Source of the DNA: Eledone cirrhosa
Taxonomy: Eukaryota
DNA: 64,000 bases
Assembly (NCBI GenBank): GCA_964016885.1
Contig: OZ024741.1
Location: 61,008,001 to 61,072,000 of the forward strand
Reading direction: 5' to 3'
Shown: positions 1 to 13,860 of the stretch, piece after piece
How the letters are laid out: each line of letters opens with the position of its first letter
How positions within the stretch are numbered: the stretch's first letter is position 1
Made by a program: the position numbers and the translations under genes
Notes under the pieces: model-generated
Told to the model about the DNA's origin: nothing
Databases searched by the model: none
What the model saw: only the letters and a program-made list of their open reading frames with translations

Positions 1-108
1 TCAGGCTGTTCGATTTGTTGACAAACAAGCGAACAAAGCTGCGTTATAATAAACGTCGGCTAAACTGATGCGTGCATATATGTATGTGTACCTGTATGCA
101 TATGTGTA

Positions 109-160
<52 letters not shown>

Positions 161-215
161 CATGCTACTGTACGTCTGTATACATATATGTATGTACGTA
201 TACATACATACTTAC

Positions 216-568
<353 letters not shown>

Positions 569-831
569 TAATAAAAACAATGAATAAAAACAAAGAACAA
601 GTTCCTTATATTAAGAAATTCATCATTTTACGATCGTTTCTAGGATATTTATGTGTGTTGGTATGTATATCATATAGATCTATATAAAAATATTACGAAC
701 TATCAGAGGAAATATACATACCTTCACATATATATGCTGTCGGATTGGACACTAGCGTATATTTTGGCCACGTCTAACTTAATTGCACCATCTGGCGAAG
801 TCTTACAAATGAGGGTTTGGGCACCATGGCC

Positions 832-967
<136 letters not shown>

Positions 968-977
968 TATATATAAA

Positions 978-1342
978 CCAAAAGACACTCCACCAGACAT
1001 GACAACTGCTGCAGACTAGCCAACTGCCCCATCAACGACACAGACCTATGCCACCAGGCTTACGTCGTATACAGCCTAGAGTGTGACAAATGCAACAACT
1101 TCTACGTAGGTAGCACCACCAGACCACTCCACATAAGAATAAAAGAACACCTCAATACTAACGCTTCCTCATTTAAGAAACACCTAGTTAAATGCAAAAA
1201 CACCGACAAAACCATAACAGTTAGGATAGAAACTAAGGAAAGAAACCTCGGCAATCTTAGAATTAAGGAAGCACTAATTATAGATAAATCACAACCACTA
1301 ATCAATAATAGACTAGAACTCAATACCCAATTAATAACCTGA
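978..1342 (+). pseudogene. Penelope-like element GIY-YIG endonuclease, 5'-truncated (not in ORF track, no ATG)
   Basis: Hand translation: [53 protein letters not shown]...LRIKEALIIDKSQPLINNRLEL...*; VVY/YVG, RxxEH and EALxI motifs; starts straight from (TA)n. Confidence 0.9.
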
Positions 1343-1919
1343 TAGGGCTTCTAGCCCCATATTTACACACCCCACAATCACACACGCTTACACATCCACT
1401 TATTCTCTTTCACACATACACACACAAAACCAGTTCTAACACCAGATAACACCTATCCCCCACATTTACGAATAGACTTATCTTCTCACACTCACACACA
1501 CACACACACACATACTTACACCTTCATGCATTCTCCCACACACTTAAACAGGCATGTATATAAAAAATTAAAAAACCCTAAACAAACCCTTTTTAAAGGG
1601 AGACTACTCTTTATCCATCTAATTTTAACTCTTTGACATTAGAGGTAGAACAGATACTCTATACTATTTCCTGTCAGCATGGCTTGGCAAGATATTTAGA
1701 AGGCTGGTTTGAGACCTTTATTTCCCTCTGAAGAAGAGATATTATCTCGAAAATTAAGGACATTTAAATAAATCTAAGGTAAAAGACGAATTGTCAACAA
1801 TATCTTTTGCAATTGCATTCTTTTTTCTATGTTCATACCTGCATTGTTTTGGCTTTATTATACATATTCAAACGTTAATACCTCATTACACAATGCTTCA
1901 AGTGAACTATAACCTCCTC

Positions 1920-1921
<2 letters not shown>
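1343..1921 (+). mobile_element. PLE 3' UTR/pLTR with hammerhead motif at 1722-1760
   Basis: cct-CTGAAGA-a-gagat(att)atctc-GAAA-at-TA-agg downstream of the GIY-YIG stop; ends at (TA)n; second copy at ~4527-4741. Confidence 0.7.
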
Positions 1922-1962
<41 letters not shown>

Positions 1963-1975
1963 TGGGGGGGGGGGG

Positions 1976-2113
1976 CATGGTGCCCAAACCCTCATTTGTA
2001 AGACTTCGCCAGATGGTGCAATTAAGTTAGTCGTGGCCAGTATTGGCCCAGGCCACGTCTAACTTAATTGCACCATCTGGCGAAGTCTTACAAATGAGGG
2101 TTTGGGCACCATG
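1976..2113. repeat. Palindrome, 63-bp arms, 12-bp spacer; single arm copy also at 766-833
   Basis: 1976-2038 is the reverse complement of 2051-2113 (1 mismatch); arm resembles 12587-12647, the 3' end of the CR1-like LINE. Confidence 0.9.
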
Positions 2114-2114
2114 G

Positions 2115-2229
<115 letters not shown>

Positions 2230-2306
2230 TTATATATATATTTATATATATATATTTATATATATATATTTATATATATATATTTATATATATATATTTA
2301 TATATA

Positions 2307-2379
<73 letters not shown>

Positions 2380-2383
<4 letters not shown>

Positions 2384-2879
2384 AAGGTTTAGCAAATAAT
2401 GAAAAAGTTTCAAAATAAATTTTTAAAAATTGACTTTACCTACTATAGTTACCTTTACCGATCGGTTTCGAATCCCAAAAATAAACGGAGACCATACGGC
2501 CTTCGTTGCAAAGAAAGATTCTCGTCAGAAGGTTCTTTTCATTCGAAGAATATAAAATTCTTGAATTTAAATTACGAACTAGCGCTATCAAAACTGTTCC
2601 TGGGATGAGAGTGGATGATGTAGAAACAATTTTTTCAAGGGCCGAAGTAAAGATAGAGGCAGAGGGAGGTAGGTCAAACCGGCCGCAACTATCACTAGCA
2701 GCAGTCGGAGCGACCCAATTTGTCTCAACAGTAGAGGAGAGTAGTAATAATAGGATATGTGTTCCTTCACGCACAAGGCGCTAAGGGACGCATGTATTGT
2801 CCAACCAAATGCCAATGTGGTTCAATGGCAGGTTAATAAATTAACGAGCCAAACATATATAAACAAGGTTTAGCAAATA
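2380..2879 (-). mobile_element. 5'-truncated PLE remnant bounded by a 19-bp direct repeat
   Basis: aaacaaggtttagcaaata at 2380-2398 and 2861-2879; frameshifted HWHLVGQ...ALCVKE resembles HWEIVGR...CDLCLME of the 43.8-kb GIY-YIG; HHR inside. Confidence 0.65.
2451..2533 (-). ncRNA. Type I hammerhead ribozyme, long stem II
   Basis: acctt-CTGACGA-gaatc...gattc-GAAA-ccgatcgg-TA-aaggt; all three stems pair, stem III palindromic. Confidence 0.85.
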
Positions 2880-2925
2880 TGTATGTATATATGTATATAT
2901 ATAAAATTACAACAGTGACATAAAC

Positions 2926-2971
2926 AGGTACTCAAGTTTCGTTGGGTTCTGGGCCCCAATTCATTCAGCCT
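2926..2971 (-). ncRNA. Type I hammerhead-like motif with one extra core nucleotide
   Basis: agg-CTGAATGA-a-ttggg(gcccagaa)cccaa-c-GAAA-cttgag-TA-cct. Confidence 0.65.
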
Positions 2972-3096
2972 TTGTTTTGAAGATGGTGAGCGGAGTTTGA
3001 AATTTAGGAAATAGAAGCTTTCGCGTATTTTGACTAAATTTAGTTAGCCTGAGATAGTGGGGTTTAAGACCCTCTAAAATAGAAAAGGATGAATAT

Positions 3097-3167
3097 TCAC
3101 GTACATGGGAGTCGAACCCACATCTTTTGTTATCCAGACTATTGTGCTATCGTAACACCAATACATA
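3097..3167 (-). repeat. Degenerate tRNA-like sequence within a repeat (2985-3190) homologous to the 63.2-63.8 kb unit
   Basis: Reverse complement has tggtgttacgatagcac...ctggata...gtgggTTCGACTcccat; flanks match 63221-63477. Confidence 0.65.
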
Positions 3168-3239
3168 ACCTATCCTTTTCCATTCAAATTAGGATGTGGG
3201 TTCGACACTCAAGTAAGGCAATACTCCGTTATCAAGGAC

Positions 3240-4203
3240 TTCAATTAATTTAGAGTGTAACGGGTCTTTGATTGACTTTCCTCTCGACCACGCCCCATAC
3301 GTAGTACTCCTACGGATTTAGGTCAGAAGCGCTAGGAGGTAATTTGTTTGAGGTGAAGTGGTCATAGAGATTGTAACTCATTCATTCTTGAGTTGTTGGC
3401 CATATGAGACGGCACAGAGTCTTATTTCTTAATGTATGGTCTTTTCCTGAATATGCACTCTATCTAAGGCCTCACAATTCTCTCCAATACTTTCTTATAG
3501 TCAGCAGTATTGAGTTAAGAAGTAAGGAAACATAACAACTCCCTCGTTGCTCACGACTACCAAAACAATTACAGTTGCCTTAAACTTTCTGTGAATGACC
3601 GATGGAATGTATTTAGTATCACTGGATAACCATATGTCATTCCTTTTGTTGACCTTTTGATCCTTGTCAAAGTTCTTTTCATCAGAGAAAAACCAAAGTG
3701 CTCAAGGGTCGACTTTCTCTACAAGTGTTTCGTGCGGATCAGATGATTATGTTTCGTCTTTGCAAAAATGAATCGGCCTCTTCGCATCACATATGACTTG
3801 TATCAAAGCTTTTCATACACAATTCTTCCGCTAGTTTAACTTGAAATCTTGAGCTCCATAGCAATGGTGCTAATTGGTTTTCTAGCGTTAATATCGATAA
3901 TTATGTGCATCTTTAGGTCTATGAGTAGCGTTTTACGTTTGGACACTGCTGTAGAATCCCCGTCAGTGGCTTCGAGCTTTTTGCGAACTTTGACAACGAA
4001 GGACCGTGCAACTCTCAGGAAGCGAGCAATCTTTAAATCAGTCGGCTTTGCCTTTAAGGCAACGATTACCGCGCGCCTTTCCATTTGCTGGGTTAGATTA
4101 ATGTTTGAAATCGTTTATCTGAAAGAAAATAATAAATAGAACGAGTTCGAAAAAAGTTAGAGATATAAAAAGACGCGTCCACAAAGAACTGAGCACCCCT
4201 GTA
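3240..4203 (-). mobile_element. Degenerate Tc1/mariner-superfamily transposon (maT/DD37D-like)
   Basis: HTH-like ORF 3836-4084; minus-strand WFFSDEKNFDKDQKVNKRND (~3640-3697) and SDLNP*EYYVWGVVER (~3280-3335); TA-caggggtg end at ~4203; stops and frameshifts. Confidence 0.8.
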
Positions 4204-4393
4204 CATATATTTTATGTATCTTTCAAAAATTGATGAAACAAATGAAAGGAAATTAATAAGTGTAAGAAAAACTTTCTTATAATTTTTACTCTGGAATCTT
4301 ATCCAAGTTAGAAACTATAATTCACCCTATCTTTACACTTTATTTCATTTCTAATAATGTGCGTACGAAAATGTAAATCTGAACTCTTGGTTT

Positions 4394-4465
<72 letters not shown>

Positions 4466-4469
<4 letters not shown>

Positions 4470-4741
4470 GTTTGTATATGTATAATAAAGCCAAAACAAT
4501 GCAGGTATGCAAGCTATTTAGAACACTGGTTTAACCGCTTTACCTCCCTCCGAAGAAGAGATATTATATCGAAAATTAAGGACATTTAAATAAATCTAAG
4601 GTAAAAGACTAATTGTCAACAATATCTTTTGCATTTGCATTCTTTATTCTATGTCCATACCTGCATTGTTTGGCTTTATTATACATATACAAACGTTTGT
4701 ACCTCATTACACAATGCTTCAAGTGAACTATAACCTCCTCC
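4466..4741 (+). mobile_element. Solo PLE pLTR (copy of ~1700-1921) with inverted 5' cap
   Basis: 4466-4509 is the reverse complement of 4656-4698; HHR core mutated to CCGAAGA; (TA)n both sides. Confidence 0.75.
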
Positions 4742-4795
4742 ATATATATATATATAAGAGTGCTTGAAGCATTGTGGAATAATAATAATAAATCT

Positions 4796-5240
4796 TTTGT
4801 CGTTTTGGAAGCTTCAACATTGCAGATGGGTAAGTCTCCGGGTAACAGAATCCGGTGGTGAAGAGAGAGATGTAAGGGAATGTAGAATGAGATGTATAGT
4901 CTGTAGAGAAAGGTAGGAAAGAGCGTAAAAAATAAAAATAATAACACGAGATAGAGTTACGCACAAACAGCGGAGAACAGAGGCCACGTACCGTCCCTCT
5001 CCGACAGATAATTTTCTCCCCCGGAAATCCCCCAGTTGATGGATGCGAATCCGAAATATAGGGACAATTAAATCTCTCCCTAGGTAACTCTATCTCGTCT
5101 TATTATTTTTATTCCTACGATCCTCTACACACTATACATCTCATTCTACATTCCCTTACATCTCTCTCTCTTCACCACCGGATTCTGTTACCCAGAGATT
5201 TACCCATATGCATTGTTGAAGCTTCCAAAACGACCAAAAA
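4796..5240. repeat. Inverted repeat (~160-bp arms) with degenerate HHR in the spacer
   Basis: 4796-4960 vs 5084-5240 reverse complementary; spacer 5029-5064 ccc-agttgat-gga(tgcgaa)tcc-GAAA-ta-TA-ggg. Confidence 0.8.
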
Positions 5241-5299
5241 CAAAAAAATATATATATAATAAAATTGGAATTGTATTTCTCACTCTTACATTTGTATAT

Positions 5300-5417
<118 letters not shown>

Positions 5418-5806
5418 ACATACACACACACAGATATATATATATATATATATATATACTAAAAGTATATATGAACATAGAAATATTAATGTTAGCATTG
5501 TGTTTTATCTATTACGAGGCAATAAGTAAACTAAAGGCAAGCACAACTAATCGACGGTGTCTTATTGGTACAGAAGCTAGAAATATGATAGCATGGTATT
5601 TCTTTTTTATCATGATAATGATTTATTAAAACTGGCAGATATTCCATCTAAAAATATATAAGCATTCATGCTACTTACAGATTTCTAAGCTAGGATATAC
5701 AAGTTGCAGATATCGATAATAAAGAATGCAACAACCTTTCATTTGTTGACACGTGCTGTTAGCCATATCATACATATATACATTATATATACATGGTGAA
5801 ATATTG

Positions 5807-5847
<41 letters not shown>

Positions 5848-5908
5848 GGAGGGGAGGAGGGGCTATACATGTGTGAGTATGTATATGTATGTGTGTGTGT
5901 GGTCTGTA

Positions 5909-5941
<33 letters not shown>

Positions 5942-5982
5942 GTGTGTATATATAAAAACATATATGTATATATAAATATGTC

Positions 5983-6041
<59 letters not shown>

Positions 6042-6132
6042 TTATACACGGGTGTGTATGATTTTGTATAGAAAATTTTATTAATAAAAGGAATTCGAGT
6101 ATATATATGTGTATATATGTGTGTGTGTGTGT

Positions 6133-6228
<96 letters not shown>

Positions 6229-6661
6229 TAAATATGTTTGTATGCAAGTGTAGTTTCACGATTTACAGATATCTATGGTAGAATAGCAAAAGAACAGGAA
6301 TAGAAGACAAAAATATATCTCATCTGTAATGAATGTGATGATAATGAAACCCGCCATTGCCTATATTGCCAAATATACATTTTGAATTGGCAGATTCGAT
6401 AAACTTTCGGAATGAATGTTTTGTAGTGTCCGTTTTGTCTTTGTGTCTTGTAAGTTCAAAGTGTGCCGAACTCAACTCTCTCTCTCTCTCTCTCTGTATA
6501 CATATATTAATTTTATTTTCAACCTAAAACTTTTCGGACTTTCGCAGTTATTTCCCTTATAACTTTCGCACGCAATCTAGTATTGCCTGTGTGAAGTGAC
6601 CGAGTTTCTGCGCATGCGCTTTCGTACGGTTGTCCTTCCTGTTCCTATAACCATGCACATC

Positions 6662-6701
6662 CCGAGCTGAAGATCCGTTAAGGTGAAACAATTGTTCTCG
6701 G
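6662..6701 (+). ncRNA. Minimal type I hammerhead ribozyme
   Basis: ccgag-CTGAAGA-tcc(gttaa)ggt-GAAA-caattg-TT-ctcgg; perfect 5-bp stem I, palindromic stem III; ~30 nt before (TA)n. Confidence 0.88.
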
Positions 6702-6728
6702 TATGGTGAACTAACTGTTGTGTAACCA

Positions 6729-6779
<51 letters not shown>

Positions 6780-6886
6780 ATATATTGAGTATGTGTTGGT
6801 TGTTTACCGACACCTCAATATGCAGGTTGGAGCACTCAACGAAGTGCGCAGGTTGGTTAGTTTACTCCGGAGTAATGTAAAATAAT

Positions 6887-7059
6887 TGTTTCTACTTTTG
6901 ACACAAGGCCAGCAAATACCCAGTGCATTACTGGTACTTTATTTTATCGACCTCGTAAGGATGAAAGGCAAAGTTAACCTTGGCGGGATTTGAACTCAGA
7001 ATGGCAAGGGCCGTAACTATGCGTCAAAGCATGGCATCCGACCCTTTACCGATTCTGCC
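6887..7059 (-). mobile_element. tRNA-derived SINE, family A (Meta-domain-like core)
   Basis: Reverse complement has B-box gagttcaaatcc and gcctttcatccttacgaggtcgataaaataaagtacca; TSD atgtaaaataat at 6875-6886 and 7060-7071. Confidence 0.85.
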
Positions 7060-7118
7060 ATGTAAAATAATAAGTGTAAGTCAAACATGTTAAAGTGGGC
7101 TTCTTTCATTCCAATTCG

Positions 7119-7173
7119 CTGCTATATATATATTCCAGTGACAGCCATTATTGGCTGTGACCTCATCAGGCAG
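7119..7173 (-). ncRNA. Near-canonical type I hammerhead (GAAA changed to GGAA)
   Basis: ctgc-CTGATGA-ggtcacagcca(ataa)tggctgtcact-GGAA-tatatata-TA-gcag. Confidence 0.7.
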
Positions 7174-8223
7174 TAAGAATTAATGTAGAAAACATAGGAA
7201 AACATGGTGTTGTAATGGGTTCTACCCTGTTAATTCATCGATATGTCCAGCTCCTGGTTGTGTTGTTTGTCCTCAAAGGAACTGGAATCATATGTTCAAG
7301 AATAAACGAATTTTAGCGTCCAAAGGATATGCTCCCATCTCGTTGGTCAATTAGCATATCCCTCCACAGCCGAAAGTCTATTGAAATTCCTCAGAAACAG
7401 GTCAGCCTGTTATTATTGCGTTTAACTCTATGTTCAAATCCAGCTGACCTACTTTACCGTGGTGGCAGTGGTAGTGGTAGTGGTGTTAGCAGGTCAGCCA
7501 CCAGGTCAACCATGGTCGGCTGCTATTTTGAGAGGAAGAATTTATGTATGTAGACTGACAGAGTACAGTGCTTCTCTTTACCACTAGGTCTTAAAGTGAG
7601 GGATACTAAAAAAAACGCGTGTCAAAACCCAGAAGTGTAAAGAACTACAATTTGGATTTCAGTATAATGTACATACGAGTATTTGTCCAGTGATACCTAG
7701 AAACATTAGTGTCTGCAGTTCAATTCGCATGCCAAAATAAGAGCAAGAATGAAGTGTTCATTCTAGTGACATGGCTATAAAATTGAGGCTTATTCGCAAA
7801 ATTGCAAACAAATCGAATGTTATTATTAATATTCGAAAAACTCAGATTACCATTATTGTATTCAGCCATGTAGAGCGAAAGATTTGTGACTACGTGCTTC
7901 TAACCGGTCGAGTCTGCACACGTTGCCACACCTCCAACACTGGTCTGGTTAAGAGTTTAAAGGGAAACCCAGCAGCTCAAAAACAAGAACTGTCAAATGG
8001 CGGGTGAACCTCACAAAGTCCACCCCCAATATGGATTAAATAGCTTCACTAACTTGCAATTGGCCAAGTGTGATGAGTACGGCTATCCCCTGGAGTGGTT
8101 AAATTCCATGACAATAACACATGCGATCCTCGTAACTGTTCTGTTATCTTTCCTTGGTTTGTCACTGGACACATAGCTGTGTGGATGGAGTGGGTTCTAT
8201 GTTTGTAGCATTGACATCTTTAT

Positions 8224-8325
<102 letters not shown>

Positions 8326-10274
8326 TGCTATCTAACTAACCATATCTCTATCTCTTTCTCACATGCAAAAGCATTACTGGGTAGAAAAGCCAGCGTTACC
8401 CAATCTGTCATTCCATCTCACTGGCCTCCTTCTCGGGCAGAATACCTCCCTTCCTTTGAAATACTATATTTCATATAGATAACAATGATATTTTCTATAT
8501 GAAGTAGGATGTCAAAATATATTTAAAATAACAGCTGTGTGTTTTACTGGTGGTTTCAGCATCATATCCTTTTGTTTCTACTTCCTGCTGGTTAAAAATC
8601 AAGCTTAATGCCATTTGAATATCAATATTCAACATCTTAGTTGCTACTATAGAATTTCACAATATAATTTTTTCATATAGGACATATATGTTGTTGTTGT
8701 TGTACCTCGCTCGCACAACTGAAAAGTCTGCACGAAAAATTACCATTCAAGAGACTGCACTCCATAGACGTATATCCTTAAGGTAGTTATCGGGTAAAAT
8801 AATCGTGACACAGTGAGTGACAAAGGTGTACCTTACAATCACAGGTATAATTTGTATTATTTCAGGTCGCTCCAATCATTTGGAAAAACATTTCTTGCTC
8901 AACGACACAAGGCGACGTCAGGAATTGAACCTTGGAATACTCTGTTTCAAATATATAACAATGATATTTTTTTTATGAAATATCATTTGAAAATACGTTA
9001 AGTGAATCAGCAACGTGCTTTACCGGTAGTGGCATATTATGTTTCTCCTTGTTGGCTGAAAAACAAGATTAATGTCACTTTAATATCGATATCCAACAAC
9101 TAGTTACTGTTATAGCATTTTATAATATAATTTCTTCTCACAGGACACTTATACGGCTGGAAAGAAATGTCACACAATATGGCAGCCATAGAAATACGTT
9201 TGGTTTCATGTGATTCTTAAAACAGGAGAGTGACTGCCGTGTGTCGTTTTCAATGGCGTATGATTTATTATCAATGAAATAGTCGCACAAATAAGCTCAT
9301 ATACAAACCATCACATATACACACACATATACACGTACTTAAACACATATATACACATAGATGTGCATATATAAACATGCACACACACATATACATTATA
9401 TATACAAATATATATTATATATACAAATATATATTATATATATACACATATATACATATAAACACTAATAGACTCATATGCACACACACACATCTATAAA
9501 CATATATATAAATATATACATATATACACATACATATATACACATACACACACATACTTATACACACACAAATATGAACACATATGCAAGTGTACGATAT
9601 ACAGCATGCTAATACTCAAACCGTATTAACGAACACCATCATATATAAACAAGAATGTGTATTTCTTCATTGTGGACGCAACAGAGCCGAATGATTAAAG
9701 AGTTCATTTCGACATCATTATAGCCAGGTTTCGAACTCCCGCGTGGCATTTTGAGCAAGTGCCATTTATTATAACCTCGAATCAACTCATGCCTTGTGAT
9801 TGAAATCGGGTACATGGAAACTGAAATCTCAACGGTTGCACTTTGCCTGTAATTCAAAAGGGCAGTCCTGTCACACAGTTTTGCCCTAAATCTCCCTGAA
9901 AATCGCGTTACGGTTACACGTGTCTATGAAATACTCAGTCACTTACAAGTTAATTTTGAGCAGATTGTTCCTTTGTTTGAAGTAATGGAAGACTCGTCGT
10001 CGAAACCGATGGTGGTCCATTTTGTTATATTTCTCTAGTGTTGCGTGTGAATATAATGGTTTGGAAGCATATGAAAGTAATTATGATTAGTCGCAGAAAG
10101 TTTAATTTTAAAAGGAAGCAAATTTCGTTTTCATTTACATTTGCTAGACATGCTTTATATATTTTATTGATTCAGTGGTATATATTTACAAACAGAAAGA
10201 GAGAAAGGAAAATGACAAGGAGACAAAGAGGAGAAATTGGGAGGGTGAAACATTTACAATCTTGACTGCACGTC

Positions 10275-10530
10275 ATATCTCAGGTTACCCCGTGGATAAG
10301 ATGGCGAAAAAATCGTGAAGAACAGCTAGCGATTCCTGCTACATCAGCCATTCAATTTCTCGTAGCTCTTTCTTCGAAGCGATATGCATTCCTTCCGATT
10401 CGGCGTAGGAAAACGGCAGTCCGGGAGCCGAAGCCACCAGAGTTTGATATGGCAACCGACAGAAAAAGGAAGCGGCCAGTCAATGCCTGGTATTTAGTCA
10501 CCTTCTGTTCCATTGTGGCAGTTCATAGAC
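10275..10530 (-). pseudogene. 3' fragment of a CRE-like non-LTR retrotransposon
   Basis: VTKYQALTGRFLFLSVAISNSGGFGSRTAVFLRRIG...REIEWL parallels KYRSLSDRFAVVPLAVETSGVLG...RELE*LFQ at 57320-57480. Confidence 0.6.
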
Positions 10531-11211
10531 TGAAGACAACTGAGACCTCTATGGGGATCGACACGAAAGAGAAACATTCATTCCGAGTCACGAATTTATG
10601 ATAAGATCGAGTAGAACACTTTCCAGTGCAGTTTTGTTCAGGAACGGATGCAACAGTAATGATAAGGACCAGGAAAAAATTATTTTAATATTTTTTTAGG
10701 AGTTTTCCTTTGCTTACATTGAAATTTAAACAGGATCTAAATTGTTTTTGTTTTCTTTCTAAATAAGATATATATCACAACCATGAGCGTTTTATTACTA
10801 CAAAATATTCAACTCTTTAAATTTAAAAAAGACAAGTGTAAGGCGCAATATAGCTTTAGAATTATTAATACATGTTTTCCATTAATAAAGTTGCTGTAGA
10901 TTATTTTAAAAGCTATTTGACGTAGAATTTCATTTTCTATCTCATTGTTGATCTGATTTGGTTCCTAAATGTTTGTTAACTTCTAAATTTTTATTACAAG
11001 CATTTTATTTCAGCTCACGTAATTCCATGCTATAATAGAACAGTATTAAATGTCTTAATTCTTATATCCAAATATATATTATCAACTTCAGCAACATATC
11101 ACAGTTGCTGTTCCTTCTTTTCTGAAAAAAATAAAATAAATCCACGCACACATATATATATATATACATATATGAAAATATATACATATAGATATACATA
11201 CACACACACAC

Positions 11212-11250
<39 letters not shown>

Positions 11251-11253
11251 ACA

Positions 11254-11305
<52 letters not shown>

Positions 11306-11391
11306 TGTGTGTGTGTGTGTGTGGATATATTTACATATATTTATTTATATAATTATTTATTTTATATGTGTATATATATTTACAAATAATG

Positions 11392-11428
<37 letters not shown>

Positions 11429-11454
11429 TTACATATATATAATATATATACATT

Positions 11455-11494
<40 letters not shown>

Positions 11495-11499
11495 AATAT

Positions 11500-11535
<36 letters not shown>

Positions 11536-11695
11536 CATGCATATATATACATTCAAATTTAAATTATATGTATTTATATACAGATATGTGTGTGTGTGTG
11601 TGTGCGTGCGTGCCTGCGTGCCTGCGTGTGTGCGTGTGTGTATGTGTGTGTGTGTGTGTGTGTGTATGTGTGTGTGTGTGTGAGAGAGAGAGAGT

Positions 11696-11794
<99 letters not shown>

Positions 11795-12076
11795 AAATTT
11801 AGCTTTATCATAGTGTGTGTAAAGAAGGTAGCTAATCGAGTCGTTGCAACGTCGGATAGAATGCTTTGCAGTATTTGTTCCAATCATATGTGGTCTGCGT
11901 TCAAATACTGGCGATATCAACTTTGCTTTTTAACCATTCAAAGATGATAAAAGGTAGCAGTCAAGCACTGGTTCTAAATAGCTTTCTCACTTCAGATATG
12001 ATTCTCTCTAAGGACGAATTCTGCTACGACAATATCTGCAGTTACTGGAACACACATGCACTCACGCACACAAACT

Positions 12077-12118
<42 letters not shown>

Positions 12119-12153
12119 TATATATATATGTGTGTGTGTGTGTGTATATATTG

Positions 12154-12223
12154 CCTCGTCTGACGAACGAATGAAGTCGTTTATTTCGTATTCGCCTCAT
12201 TCGGGAAACCTCTGGTAATGAGG
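12154..12223 (+). ncRNA. Type I hammerhead ribozyme, extended stem II
   Basis: cctcgt-CTGACGA-a-cgaatga...tcattcg-g-GAAA-cc(tct)gg-TA-atgagg; in a ~180-bp island between TA/TG microsatellites. Confidence 0.87.
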
Positions 12224-12327
12224 TAATTATATTGTATTGATTTTTATACATTAAATTTTGCTCTGATACTTACATAGAGCACTCTTCATTTCTATGACCT
12301 TTTCTGTTTCCAACGGAAATTTCAATA

Positions 12328-12397
<70 letters not shown>

Positions 12398-12469
12398 CAT
12401 ATATACAAATATATATATATATATTAAAATAACAGTATATGCAAAGAATCGCTGCTTTCACACTATTAT

Positions 12470-12536
<67 letters not shown>

Positions 12537-12574
12537 TACATATGTATGTATGTATGTGTATGTGTGTAACTTTG

Positions 12575-13860
12575 ATAGGTTCCGGCGAGTATTGGTCTGG
12601 CCATGACTACTTATGAGCACAACATGGTGAAGTCTTTCAAATCGTGATTTGATCAAGTAGAGAGTTATTGTTTTCGGAGACATATCCGGGTGTAGGAGGT
12701 TTAACCGGAATTATTTGGAGGAATTTGTTCAAAGACTTTTCGAATTTTATGGGATCCGTTTCTGCTTTTATGCGTTTTGGGTGTAATGGTAAAAAGAGCA
12801 GGACCATTTGTTGTGAAATAATTGTGTCGTAATGTTTTTATGAGATGCGAGTTTGATTCTTGTTGCGGGCGGATAGCACGGGTGCCTTGGGTGTTTTTTA
12901 AAGATGATGCCAAGATCATTTTCACAATGCTGATAAAATATTTTCCACCTCAGATAATGTAACACTCACGGCAGTGTTGAAGAGAGTAGCCTTTGAGCTT
13001 TTCTAGTCGACCCTAATAGTCGAGGCCAGTCACGCTGTCTATCTTTTTTTTATGATTGACTTTTGAGGTACTTCAAATCTCATAATACTCTGTTTCGTGT
13101 GAGGAGACCACAGTTGAGAACAGTATGCATGGTAGGCCGAAAGTGAATATAATAGTTTCGGTGCATCCTCGTTTTCCAAGTTGATTAGTTCAAGTTTATC
13201 CTCATTCGGTAGTATATTGTTTTTTCCGCCCATTGGATAACAGCAAGTGGAACTGATTGAAGGTATATCCGGTCGTCCACTCCATTGAAGACCTTCTGAA
13301 TCTTGATATCACATACGAAGTTTCTTATGTTGCTGTGCTTGATGACGTCGAGAATATCATTTATATAAATAATGAAAAAAAGTGGGCCCAACACAGTCAC
13401 TTGTGAGATGTCACAACTGAGATGATTGTATTCCTTCGATTACAACATGTTGGGCTCTGTTTTTCAAGAAACACTTGATCCATTACACTAATTTTCCAGA
13501 AAAACCAATAATGGATAGTTCTGTTTCAATAGGTTGTTGTGGTGAACCCTGTCAAAGGCCTTGCTGAAATCAAGGTATAAGACATCAGTGTTGCAGCCCT
13601 TTACATAGTTCTCAAAATGTCATCAAATTAATGCAGGAGCTTTAAGCAGTCCCCTCCATTACGGAACGTATGTTGGTTGGAGTTCAGCAGATTGATGGTT
13701 TCACGGAAATGTGTTACTCTCACCACCCTCTCAAATAACTTAATTTATAACGGGTTAAGTGAGATCGGACGTTAATTTACTACAAGGGACATGTTTCCCT
13801 TTTTGAAAACTGGCTGAAAGACTGGTACAGAAGGTTTTTCAGGTATATAGACAGGTACAT
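12575..13860 (-). mobile_element. Degenerate CR1/L2-like LINE, RT and 3' end
   Basis: YLDFSKAFDRV (~13545-13580), TVLGPLFFIIYIND, YCSQLWSPH motifs; many frameshifts. Confidence 0.85.
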
